Below, piece by piece: positions 1 to 6,519 of a stretch of DNA of 43,883 nt (positions within the stretch are counted from its first letter, which is position 1; every line of letters starts with the position of its first letter). The notes under the pieces were generated by a model. That model made no database searches. It saw nothing but the letters and a program-made list of their open reading frames with translations, and was not told the origin of the DNA. Origin of the DNA: a virus; IMG/VR virus record IMGVR_UViG_3300014348_000129, positions 1 through 43,883 of that record; one strand, 5' to 3'. Both the position numbers and the translations under genes were made by a program.

Positions 1-23
1 GCGCGCTCGCGGGCGCGCTGGCG
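1..23. repeat. Terminal overlap copy 1 (GCGCGCTCGCGGGCGCGCTGGCG), identical to 43861..43883
   Basis: Direct comparison of first and last 23 nt: 23/23 identical. Confidence 0.95.
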
Positions 24-344
24 ATAGCGGTCGTCGCCGCGCCGCTGCGGTGCGCGACGCTCCGGCATCGACGTGTCGCCGGAAAGCATGGAGACCGCTT
101 CGGCAAAGGAGACGCCGTGCACGTGGCGCACGAGCGCGATGGGATCGCCGGCTGCCCCGCTTTTTCGGCACAGGAAGACGTTCTTTCCGGGATCGATGGC
201 GAAGCGGTCGTCGCCGCCGCACCCCGGACACGGCACGCCGCGCTCGCGGCCCTCCAGGATCCGGCGCGAGGCGCCGAGCGCGATCGCCACCTCGGCGATG
301 CCGCGCTCGCGGGCCGTCTTCACCGTCTCCTGCGGGATCGTCAT
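1..344 (-). CDS. Primase-like protein, N-terminal Zn-ribbon part; the gene continues across the window junction into 43068..43883
   Basis: ATG at 344. My translation is MTIPQETVKTARERGIAEVAIALGASRRILEGRERGVPCPGCGGDDRFAIDPGKNVFLCRKSGAAGDPIALV..., a P4-alpha-type CxxC...C zinc-binding motif. It has no stop down to nt 1 and is in frame with ORF 43068..43805 once the 23-nt overlap is collapsed. Confidence 0.8.
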   Translation of the reverse strand, partial: MTIPQETVKTARERGIAEVAIALGASRRILEGRERGVPCPGCGGDDRFAIDPGKNVFLCRKSGAAGDPIALVRHVHGVSFAEAVSMLSGDTSMPERRAPQRRGDDRYRQRARER

Positions 345-351
345 GGCGCGC

Positions 352-813
352 CTACTCCGCCGCGACCTTGCGGCCGATGCGGCGCAACACCGTGATGTTC
401 TCGGCGATCTCGGCCGCGATGGCGCGGCGCTCGTGGCTGTCGATCTTGCCGTCCGCCATTGCCGTGGCGAGGGTCTGCACGACGTCGCCGCCTTCCTTGG
501 ACAGCGACGCCAGGTCGTCGATGCCGATCCTTCCGCCATCCTCGCCGTCGCCGATCGGCACCAGCCGGTACCCCTGCAACGCGGCGAGGACTTCGGTGAT
601 CAGCGGCGCGCCGATGTCGCGCTCCAGATCGGCGACGACGTCGACCGGCATGAACGCGTTTGCGGTGAACGGGTCGCCGTATTTCGACAGGCTCGGCGCA
701 TCGACGCGGGTGACCGCGGCGAAGCGGGTCGGCCGCGCGATCGCCAACGCCTGGCGGGTGGCGGACTTCAGGTCGTTGCGTTCGTCGTCGCTGGTCGATC
801 GCGGCAGTTTCAT
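352..813 (-). CDS. Phage regulatory CII-like (CP76-family-like) protein
   Basis: 153-aa ORF immediately downstream of the cro-like gene. The pattern KSATR..., F.PVDVVADLE...GAPLIT..LA...GY.LVP and ...DGKI...ERR.IA.EI.E matches what I recall of the CII/CP76 family in alphaproteobacterial prophages. Its position equals lambda cII. Confidence 0.55.
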   Translation of the reverse strand: MKLPRSTSDDERNDLKSATRQALAIARPTRFAAVTRVDAPSLSKYGDPFTANAFMPVDVVADLERDIGAPLITEVLAALQGYRLVPIGDGEDGGRIGIDDLASLSKEGGDVVQTLATAMADGKIDSHERRAIAAEIAENITVLRRIGRKVAAE

Positions 814-849
814 TTTCGTCCGTCGGTTGAGAAAAACGGTTCATGTCAA

Positions 850-874
850 GGAAACAATTCGCCGAATTGTTTCC
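850..874. promoter_or_regulatory. Perfect 12-bp-arm palindrome GGAAACAATTCG-C-CGAATTGTTTCC between the cro-like and cII-like genes
   Basis: The arms are exact reverse complements around a 1-nt centre. The site lies in an AT-richer 136-bp spacer. On the minus strand a TTGACA (849..844) follows immediately. Confidence 0.5.
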
Positions 875-887
875 ATGCGGGACGGTA

Positions 888-952
888 GGCTTTGCTTCAG
901 TGTGGTGCGGTCGGATCAGATCACGGAGGACCGCATGACGGGCTTTGCTTCA
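888..952. repeat. Two copies of the 12-mer GGCTTTGCTTCA (888..899 and 941..952) in the cro-cII spacer
   Basis: Exact 12/12 direct repeat 53 bp apart. The second copy contains the cro-like stop codon. Confidence 0.6.
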
Positions 953-1279
953 TTCCGCCGCCTCCTGCGAAAGGGCCGGCCCGGCGCCGCCGGATGCGGC
1001 GTCCGGGCCGGAAGTGCCGACGCGGTCAACGTCGTTCGGGTGAAGGGCAGCGGGCCGCTGCGGCTGAGACCAACTATCGCGTTCGATGCAAATCGCGAGG
1101 AACTGGCTCGCCGAGATCGCGCCATCGGTCCCGCGCTCGACGTCGCGCGCCAATCCGACACTCGGATCGCGATCACCGGAGAGCGCTCGTGTCAGCGTAC
1201 TCGGGGATCGGCCAATCCGCAGCGCGAACGCCGATAGGCTTTCGCTGCGATCATCAAGATAGCGCGTTAGAGCATCCAT
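950..1279 (-). CDS. Cro-like HTH regulator
   Basis: About 109 aa from ATG 1279; the ORF-track start at 1315 lies inside the -35 box. HTH LSAFALRIGRSPSTLTRAL. Divergent from the repressor gene across the operator cluster. Confidence 0.65.
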   Translation of the reverse strand: MDALTRYLDDRSESLSAFALRIGRSPSTLTRALSGDRDPSVGLARDVERGTDGAISASQFLAICIERDSWSQPQRPAALHPNDVDRVGTSGPDAASGGAGPALSQEAAE

Positions 1280-1286
1280 GTCGGCA

Positions 1287-1315
1287 ACATTGCCAAATAG
1301 GCAAATTATTGTCAA
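1287..1315 (-). promoter_or_regulatory. PR-like promoter candidate (-35 TTGACA 1315..1310, 17-nt spacer, -10 CAATGT 1292..1287)
   Basis: Read on the minus strand: TTGACA-ataatttgcctatttgg-CAATGT. Same architecture and near-identical sequence as the module at 2067..2095. The -10 ends 7 nt before the cro-like ATG. Confidence 0.45.
1290..1304. promoter_or_regulatory. Operator OR1-like, TTGCC-AAATA-GGCAA
   Basis: Perfect 5-bp inverted half-sites with a 5-bp spacer. Overlaps the spacer and -10 of the PR-like promoter. Confidence 0.65.
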
Positions 1316-1323
1316 CGCGGATT

Positions 1324-1338
1324 CTGCCTATTTGGCGC
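1324..1338. promoter_or_regulatory. Operator OR2-like, CTGCC-TATTT-GGCGC (degenerate)
   Basis: Same 5-N5-5 layout, 34 bp from OR1-like. Lies 8 nt upstream of the PR-like -35, the same spacing as 2044..2058 relative to the PL-like -35. Confidence 0.5.
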
Positions 1339-1348
1339 TGGTCACCAT

Positions 1349-1363
1349 TTGCCAATGGGGCAA
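1349..1363. promoter_or_regulatory. Operator OR3-like, TTGCC-AATGG-GGCAA
   Basis: Perfect half-sites. Lies just upstream of the repressor ATG (1370), positioned for autoregulation. Confidence 0.55.
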
Positions 1364-1369
1364 ACTGCC

Positions 1370-2041
1370 ATGATGGACAAGCGATACCCTAATAACATCC
1401 GCAAGCTACGCGACGAACGCGACGTCACACTAGAAACACTCTCAGAAGTGACCGGGCTGTCGACGGGCTACCTTTCCAGGCTGGAGAGCGGCGAGCGCAA
1501 CCTTTCCGTCAAGAACCTGAACCTCATTGCGGATGGGCTGAAGGTTGCGCCGCGCGAGCTTCTGATCGACGACAATCCTGCACCGCAAACGAATGTCGTC
1601 CGTGTGATGGGGCGCATAGGGGCAGGGGCCGAAATCCTCGTCGAGGGAGAAGACTGGCCGGAAGATGGCCTTTTCGAAATTGAAGCCCCCTTTCCGGTCC
1701 CCGAAGACAGCATAGCTTTTGAAGTCCAGGGCGAATCGATGTGGCCGCGCTATGACCCCGGCGACATCATCATTTGCTGGCGAACCCAGAGCCATGTCGA
1801 CGAAGTCATCGGATGGGAGGCTGCCGTGAAGACTGCCGACGGCCGGCGGTATTTGAAACGCGTACTTCGCGGCGCTACGCGCACGACCTTCGATCTGGAG
1901 AGCCACAACGCAGCCCCGATACGGGGCGTAAAGCTCGACTGGGTTGGTGCCATCCAGGCAGTGATACGTTCCGGCCAGTGGCGGAAGCTTAGCGAGGATG
2001 GTCGGCGACGGCTCTTGCCGAAAATGTCTTCCGTCGCTTGA
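1370..2041 (+). CDS. CI-type repressor (XRE HTH + S24/LexA-like autopeptidase domain)
   Basis: 223 aa from ATG 1370. N-terminal HTH LETLSEVTGLSTGYLSRLESGERN. C-terminal GESMWPRYDPGDII (Ser nucleophile context) and downstream YLKRV (Lys). Confidence 0.9.
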   Translation: MMDKRYPNNIRKLRDERDVTLETLSEVTGLSTGYLSRLESGERNLSVKNLNLIADGLKVAPRELLIDDNPAPQTNVVRVMGRIGAGAEILVEGEDWPEDGLFEIEAPFPVPEDSIAFEVQGESMWPRYDPGDIIICWRTQSHVDEVIGWEAAVKTADGRRYLKRVLRGATRTTFDLESHNAAPIRGVKLDWVGAIQAVIRSGQWRKLSEDGRRRLLPKMSSVA

Positions 2042-2043
2042 GT

Positions 2044-2058
2044 TTGTCTATTTGGCAA
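2044..2058. promoter_or_regulatory. Operator OL2-like, TTGTC-TATTT-GGCAA
   Basis: 5-N5-5 site starting 3 nt after the repressor stop and ending 8 nt upstream of TTGACT. Confidence 0.55.
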
Positions 2059-2066
2059 ATTCTCGC

Positions 2067-2095
2067 TTGACTTGATTTTGCCCATTTGGCAATTA
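2067..2095 (+). promoter_or_regulatory. PL-like promoter candidate (-35 TTGACT 2067..2072, 17-nt spacer, -10 CAATTA 2090..2095)
   Basis: TTGACT-tgattttgcccatttgg-CAATTA, paralogous to the PR-like module. The first downstream ORF has a GGAGG RBS at 2115..2119. Confidence 0.45.
2078..2092. promoter_or_regulatory. Operator OL1-like, TTGCC-CATTT-GGCAA
   Basis: 14/15 identical to the reverse complement of 1290..1304. Overlaps the spacer and -10 of the PL-like promoter. An extra TTGCC half-site follows at 2096..2100. Confidence 0.65.
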
Positions 2096-2125
2096 TTGCC
2101 TCCATCGCACTGATGGAGGTCTCCC

Positions 2126-2272
2126 GTGCATCATCTCGGAACATTCGAAGGCGATCGCCTTGCCCGATCGCGGGGCTACCGTGAGCCCTGCTCCACCGGT
2201 CGCGCCGCCGCATCGCTGGTCGCTGTGGCGTTTTTCGTCTTCTGCGTCGCTCTCGCCCTGGGAGCGATCTGA
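2126..2272 (+). CDS. Small membrane protein (48 aa), first ORF of the PL-type operon
   Basis: Not in the ORF track (<60 aa). GTG 2126 lies 6 nt after GGAGG. Product VHHLGTFEGDRLARSRGYREPCSTGRAAASLVAVAFFVFCVALALGAI has a C-terminal hydrophobic helix. Its stop overlaps the next ATG (TGATG). Confidence 0.35.
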   Translation: MHHLGTFEGDRLARSRGYREPCSTGRAAASLVAVAFFVFCVALALGAI

Positions 2273-2436
2273 TGGGCACCCCCTGCGAACCGTTGACCGC
2301 GCGCCAGGAACTGGTCGCCGAACTCGAAGGCTACGGCTACGATCACGTCGCCCCCGCCGGCTGGCGTGAAGAGATGTCCGACGCCGAACTCGCTGGCGCC
2401 GCGGTGGAACAGCGGGAGGTCTGCGATGTACGCTGA
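2272..2436 (+). CDS. Small acidic protein (54 aa)
   Basis: MGTPCEPLTARQELVAELEGYGYDHVAPAGWREEMSDAELAGAAVEQREVCDVR. The start overlaps the upstream stop, and the 3' end overlaps the next start. Confidence 0.35.
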   Translation: MGTPCEPLTARQELVAELEGYGYDHVAPAGWREEMSDAELAGAAVEQREVCDVR

Positions 2437-2953
2437 CGTCCGCTCTGCGACCCGTTCGTCGCCGCTTCTGTCCGTCGACGTCCACGAGGACGATCCGCAC
2501 CCGCGCGCGGTCGAAATGGCCGAAAAGATGCGCGAGGCGATCGGTGCCTTTGGCGGGGTCACTTGGAGCGATCTCGTCGCCGCCGGCTTCACCTCGGCCG
2601 AGCTCGTCGAGCACGAGACCGCGGCGCGCGCCATCGCAGGAGCGGCGATTGTCCGTCAGGTGTCGCCTCCCGGAGACCGGGTTCCCGATTTCCTTCAGAA
2701 GTCGATCGCGGCGGCCGTGCATGTGATGCCGTTGACCGCCGGCACCGATCCGACGCCGGAACGATCCGGCGCCTGGGAGAAATACTGCCGGGCGCGCGCC
2801 GCGTGGAAGCTCGATCCGTGGACCAGCCAGGGCGAGCGCTGCCTCGCCCTTCTCGACCGCTTCCTGCGGCTCTTTCCGCTCCTTGAGCGCGAACGCAACC
2901 GCATCGTCTACGGCCTCGCCGCCAGCCAGAAGACGGAGCGCAACCATGGCTGA
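2426..2953 (+). CDS. Hypothetical early protein (175 aa)
   Basis: ATG 2426 follows GGGAGG (2414..2419) and is in frame with track ORF 2366..2953. ATGGCTGA overlap with the next gene. No motif recognised. Confidence 0.6.
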   Translation: MYADVRSATRSSPLLSVDVHEDDPHPRAVEMAEKMREAIGAFGGVTWSDLVAAGFTSAELVEHETAARAIAGAAIVRQVSPPGDRVPDFLQKSIAAAVHVMPLTAGTDPTPERSGAWEKYCRARAAWKLDPWTSQGERCLALLDRFLRLFPLLERERNRIVYGLAASQKTERNHG

Positions 2954-3605
2954 CACGATCGTCGCGCCCCTGCCCGAACCGGCGATCTGGAAGCAGACCG
3001 CGCACGGCCGCGTCTTCCCGCTGACCGGCTTCGACGCGAGCGACATCGACCTTTTCGGCGACGTCGCCGAATCGCTCGCGCGCATCTGTCGCTTCGGCGG
3101 CCACATGCTCGGCAATCCCTACTCGGTGGCGCAGCATTGCGTCACCGGCGCCGACGCCGCATTCGCCGAACTCGGCGACGCCAACCTGGCCGCCTACGTG
3201 CTATTGCACGACGCCCACGAATTCATCTTCGGCGACATGACGACACCCGTCGCGCGATGGCTTTCCGTTCTCGCCGCCGAACTCGCAGGCGACAATGCCG
3301 GCCGGCTGGTCCCGGTGCTGATCGCCACGGCCAAGGAACGGCTCGACCGGGCGATCTGGAAGGCCGCAGGGCTGGCGCCTCCGGCGCGCACCTATCGCGC
3401 GCTCGTCGCCGAATACGACCTTCGCCTTCTTGCCACGGAGCAGCGCCAGTTGCTCGCGCCGTCGCGCCGCAGCTGGGGCGCGGAGGTCGACGACGCCCGC
3501 CCGATCCGGATCCGCGGATCATTGAAGGCGTGGCCGGTGGCGACGGCTGCGGAGGAATGGCGCGATCGTCTTGGCCGCTTCTGCCCCGACGCGGCGAGGA
3601 TCTGA
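2946..3605 (+). CDS. HD-domain phosphohydrolase (YfbR/5'-nucleotidase-like)
   Basis: 219 aa from ATG 2946. H...HD...D motif: SVAQHCV ... YVLLHDAHEFIFGDMTTPV. Confidence 0.7.
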   Translation: MADTIVAPLPEPAIWKQTAHGRVFPLTGFDASDIDLFGDVAESLARICRFGGHMLGNPYSVAQHCVTGADAAFAELGDANLAAYVLLHDAHEFIFGDMTTPVARWLSVLAAELAGDNAGRLVPVLIATAKERLDRAIWKAAGLAPPARTYRALVAEYDLRLLATEQRQLLAPSRRSWGAEVDDARPIRIRGSLKAWPVATAAEEWRDRLGRFCPDAARI

Positions 3606-3607
3606 CC

Positions 3608-3919
3608 ATGTCGCGCCACGTCTGCCCGACCTGCGAGACAACGTTCACCGGCGACGACTGCGACGTTCCGGAAGGCTTAGTCGACGACGTCGGCCGTCTC
3701 GCCGATCTGATTGCCGCCGGCGAGACGGCCGAAGCCTACGCGCTCTTGCGCGAGCATTTCGCCGACCTGCCGGACCTCGCGTCGCGGCGGCGCCTGCTTT
3801 CCGCTCGGCGCCTGCCCCACGCCGGTACCGCTCCCGACGCCGAGACGATCGAGGCGCGCCACCGCGCCACGATCGCGCGGCTGTTTCCGCAAGAGAACGA
3901 GAGGATCGGCTCGCGATGA
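3608..3919 (+). CDS. Hypothetical protein (103 aa) with N-terminal CPTCE...DDC
   Basis: ATG 3608 lies 2 nt after the upstream stop. ATGA overlap with the clamp gene. Confidence 0.55.
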   Translation: MSRHVCPTCETTFTGDDCDVPEGLVDDVGRLADLIAAGETAEAYALLREHFADLPDLASRRRLLSARRLPHAGTAPDAETIEARHRATIARLFPQENERIGSR

Positions 3920-5064
3920 ATGTCACCTTTTCCGTCGCCGCCTTCGTCGAGGCCGCCAAGGCCATCCGCAATGCGCGGGACACAGCCTCGAGGAGCGAGC
4001 TGCTCGATTGCGCCCTGGTGGATATCGCCGACGGCTCCATGGCGATGACCATGTCGAACCTCGACCTGGAGATCCGCGCCATCGTCGAATGTCGCACGGA
4101 AGGATCGGTCCGCGTCGCCATCCCGTCTGCGGTGCTCGATTTCTTCGCCGTTCGCGCCGGCACCGGCGAGGCGGAAGGCCGGCTGGAGTTTTCGGACGGC
4201 ATGCACAGCGTGACCGCGCGTCACGGCCGTGCCCGCATGACGATTTCGATCCTGCCGGCGGACGCCTTCCCGGTGTTCGACATGCGCCCGCCGACATGGT
4301 CCTTCGCCATGCGCGGCCATGAGTTCTGCACCATGCTGGCGACGGCGGTGAAGGCGATCCCGGCCGAGACCACGCGCCCCTATTTGTGCGGCGTGTTCCT
4401 GAATGTCCGCGACGGCGAAATTCATGCCGCGGCGACCGACGGTCATCGTATGCACGTCGCGAGCCGCAGCCTTCCGGACGGCGCCGAGAAGATGCCCGGA
4501 CGTTCGTCCGGCGTGCCCGGCGTCATCATCCCCGTTGGGGCGATCGGCGAAATCCTCAAGGTCTTTTCCGGCGATGAGAGCGAACTTTCCATCGCCGGGA
4601 CCGACGCCCGCATCGTCGTCGAAGGCGCGATGATCCGCCTGGCCTCGAAACTCGTTGACGGCACCTATCCCGACTACGCCCGGTTGCTCGTTGCCCCCGG
4701 ACCGTTCCGGGTCGGCATCGAAGCGCCGCATCTCGACCAGGCGCTGGCGAGCCTGGCCGTGGTTCCGCGTACGGACGCCAAGGGCCGGTCCATGGCGAAT
4801 CGTCCGGTCCGCTTCACGGCCGAGGCCGACGCGATCCTCATCGAGATCAGGGGCGATACCGGCGACGCGGACATTCGTGTCCCGGCCATCGTCCAGGGTA
4901 CTGGCGAGCCGTTCGCCCTTAATGCCCGACTGCTGAAGGAGGCTGTCGCCGTCGCCGGAGGCGGGCGACTGACGCTGGCTCCGTCCGAGAGCGACGCCAC
5001 CGCGCTTCGCCTCATTCCCCAGCTGGACGACCGTGCCTTCGTCATCATGCAGTTGAGGTGGTGA
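3916..5064 (+). CDS. dnaN: DNA polymerase III beta sliding clamp homologue
   Basis: 382 aa. DnaN-type motifs: ETTRPYLCGVFL, AATDGHRMH, KLVDGTYPDYARL, FALNARLLKEA, and the C-terminal FVIMQLRW. Confidence 0.88.
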   Translation: MNVTFSVAAFVEAAKAIRNARDTASRSELLDCALVDIADGSMAMTMSNLDLEIRAIVECRTEGSVRVAIPSAVLDFFAVRAGTGEAEGRLEFSDGMHSVTARHGRARMTISILPADAFPVFDMRPPTWSFAMRGHEFCTMLATAVKAIPAETTRPYLCGVFLNVRDGEIHAAATDGHRMHVASRSLPDGAEKMPGRSSGVPGVIIPVGAIGEILKVFSGDESELSIAGTDARIVVEGAMIRLASKLVDGTYPDYARLLVAPGPFRVGIEAPHLDQALASLAVVPRTDAKGRSMANRPVRFTAEADAILIEIRGDTGDADIRVPAIVQGTGEPFALNARLLKEAVAVAGGGRLTLAPSESDATALRLIPQLDDRAFVIMQLRW

Positions 5065-5066
5065 CC

Positions 5067-5219
5067 ATGGTGAGCTGGACGAGCATCGATCCGGTGGCCG
5101 GGATCGCGGGATCTACCTTCGACAGCATCGCTGCCATGGTCGCCCTGATTGTGGTGGTCGGTTGCGTGCTCATCGCCTGGTCGACCGTACACGGTGGCGT
5201 GGACGACGATGATGACTGA
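5067..5219 (+). CDS. Small membrane protein (50 aa) with a poly-Asp tail
   Basis: Not in the ORF track. GAGGTGG (5055..5061) lies upstream of ATG 5067. Product: MVSWTSIDPVAGIAGSTFDSIAAMVALIVVVGCVLIAWSTVHGGVDDDDD. Confidence 0.4.
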   Translation: MVSWTSIDPVAGIAGSTFDSIAAMVALIVVVGCVLIAWSTVHGGVDDDDD

Positions 5220-5427
5220 GCGCCTTGCCGCTTCCGAAGCCTCCCCGGCGCGTGCCATGCCGGCGTCCTGTCCGGCTTGTCGCGGCGCGGGCATCGTCTT
5301 TTCCTGCGCCCGCTGGCCGCACTGCGACTGCCCGGGTGGCACCACCCGCCCAGGCTGCCCCGGCGAAACCATGCCATGCCCGCACTGCCTCGCTGCGGCG
5401 CCCTCCCCCACAGACAGGAATTCATGA
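5209..5427 (+). CDS. Cys-rich mini-protein with a DnaJ-type CxxCxGxG zinc-finger motif
   Basis: 72 aa: MMTERL...CPACRGAGIVFSCARWPHCDCPGG...CPGETMPCPHC. The start lies inside the 3' end of the upstream ORF. ATGA overlap with ssb. Confidence 0.5.
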   Translation: MMTERLAASEASPARAMPASCPACRGAGIVFSCARWPHCDCPGGTTRPGCPGETMPCPHCLAAAPSPTDRNS

Positions 5428-5924
5428 TGGCCGGATCGATCAACAAGGTCATTCTCGTCGGCAATCTCGGCGCCGATCCGGAGATCAGGCGCAGCGCTTC
5501 GGGAGACCAGATCGCCAGTTTCCGCATGGCCACGTCCGAAAGCTGGAAGGACAGGGAGAGCGGCGAACGAAAGGAGCGCACCGAGTGGCACACCGTCGTG
5601 ATCTTCAATCCTCAGCTCGCCGAGATCGCCGAGAGGTACCTGAAAAAGGGATCGAAGGTCTACGTCGAGGGCCAGCAGCAGACGCGCAAGTGGACCGGCC
5701 AGGATGGCATCGACCGCTGGACGACGGAGACAGTTCTGAACCGCTTCCGTGGCGAACTGCAGATGCTGGACAAGCTGCCATCTAACCGTCCGCCCGAAGC
5801 CGACGGTCCAGAAAGCTACGGCACGGCCCGCAGTCGTGACGACGACCCCTATCGCCGCCAAGTCGAGGACCGCACCAACGCCGCGCGGCGTGGCCGCGAA
5901 CTCGACGACGAAATCCCGTTCTAG
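5424..5924 (+). CDS. ssb: Single-stranded DNA-binding protein
   Basis: 166 aa. OB-fold N-terminus MAGSINKVILVGNLGADPEIR...TEWHTVVIF and an acidic C-terminal tip DDEIPF. Confidence 0.95.
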   Translation: MMAGSINKVILVGNLGADPEIRRSASGDQIASFRMATSESWKDRESGERKERTEWHTVVIFNPQLAEIAERYLKKGSKVYVEGQQQTRKWTGQDGIDRWTTETVLNRFRGELQMLDKLPSNRPPEADGPESYGTARSRDDDPYRRQVEDRTNAARRGRELDDEIPF

Positions 5925-5939
5925 GCCGGAAAAGCACAG

Positions 5940-6506
5940 ATGATTTCTATCGTCGATCTCGCATTGCAGGCACGCCGCAACGCGGCGGCCGTGGTCGATC
6001 GCCATGTCAACCCGAGCCAGAAACAGGCGTCACTTGCACTCTATGACGTATTGGCGCCGTGCATGGAGCTTTGCGAGCGATGCGGGCGCGATCCAGACGA
6101 TCGCGCCGAACTGGAACGGTTGTTTGCTGAGCAACCGCGACCAGGCAACAGGCGCTACGTCGAAAAGGCCAGCGACATCTACGTTCTCGTCTGCCGCTTC
6201 GTCTTCACCGAGACCGATCGCACCAATGCCATCCGCTACGCATGCGCACTGCGCGAGGCCGGCCGAAGGCAGATCAGGTCAACCGCGCTGGCCGAATGGT
6301 TGAGGCGCAACGGGGGCGTCAATGCCCTTTATTTCAGTCGTCCGCTCGATACCCGCATCGTGGCGACGAAGACGCTGCACCTGCACGACAGGATCTCATT
6401 CTCGCGCGACGCGCCATTCACGCTGACGCTCCGCTGGCGGACGGACAACCGCTTCGACGTCCTTGCTGCCGTGGGTTCCGCTGCGGACAAACATCCGAAT
6501 TCATGA
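5940..6506 (+). CDS. Hypothetical protein (188 aa)
   Basis: Track ORF in operon context. No motif recognised. Confidence 0.55.
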   Translation: MISIVDLALQARRNAAAVVDRHVNPSQKQASLALYDVLAPCMELCERCGRDPDDRAELERLFAEQPRPGNRRYVEKASDIYVLVCRFVFTETDRTNAIRYACALREAGRRQIRSTALAEWLRRNGGVNALYFSRPLDTRIVATKTLHLHDRISFSRDAPFTLTLRWRTDNRFDVLAAVGSAADKHPNS

Positions 6507-6519
6507 AGAGGACATCACC

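Noticed and set aside
1-23. The 23-nt terminal repeat as a biological direct terminal repeat, LTR or att site.
   Set aside because: It lies inside a continuous coding frame (the primase gene) that is restored by collapsing it. That is what a circular assembly overlap looks like. The Nu1/GpA terminase predicts cos ends elsewhere.
50-1237. Long plus-strand ORFs (50..1237, 73..888) overlapping the minus-strand primase, CII-like and cro-like genes.
   Set aside because: Their products are Arg/Ala/Pro-rich low-complexity strings, typical of out-of-frame or antisense reading in high-GC DNA. The opposite strand carries motif-bearing proteins with coupled starts.
4674-6005. 443-aa minus-strand ORF across dnaN, ssb and the small genes.
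   Set aside because: It is antisense to well-supported genes (clamp and SSB motifs), has no recognisable motifs, and shows a composition typical of GC-rich shadow ORFs.
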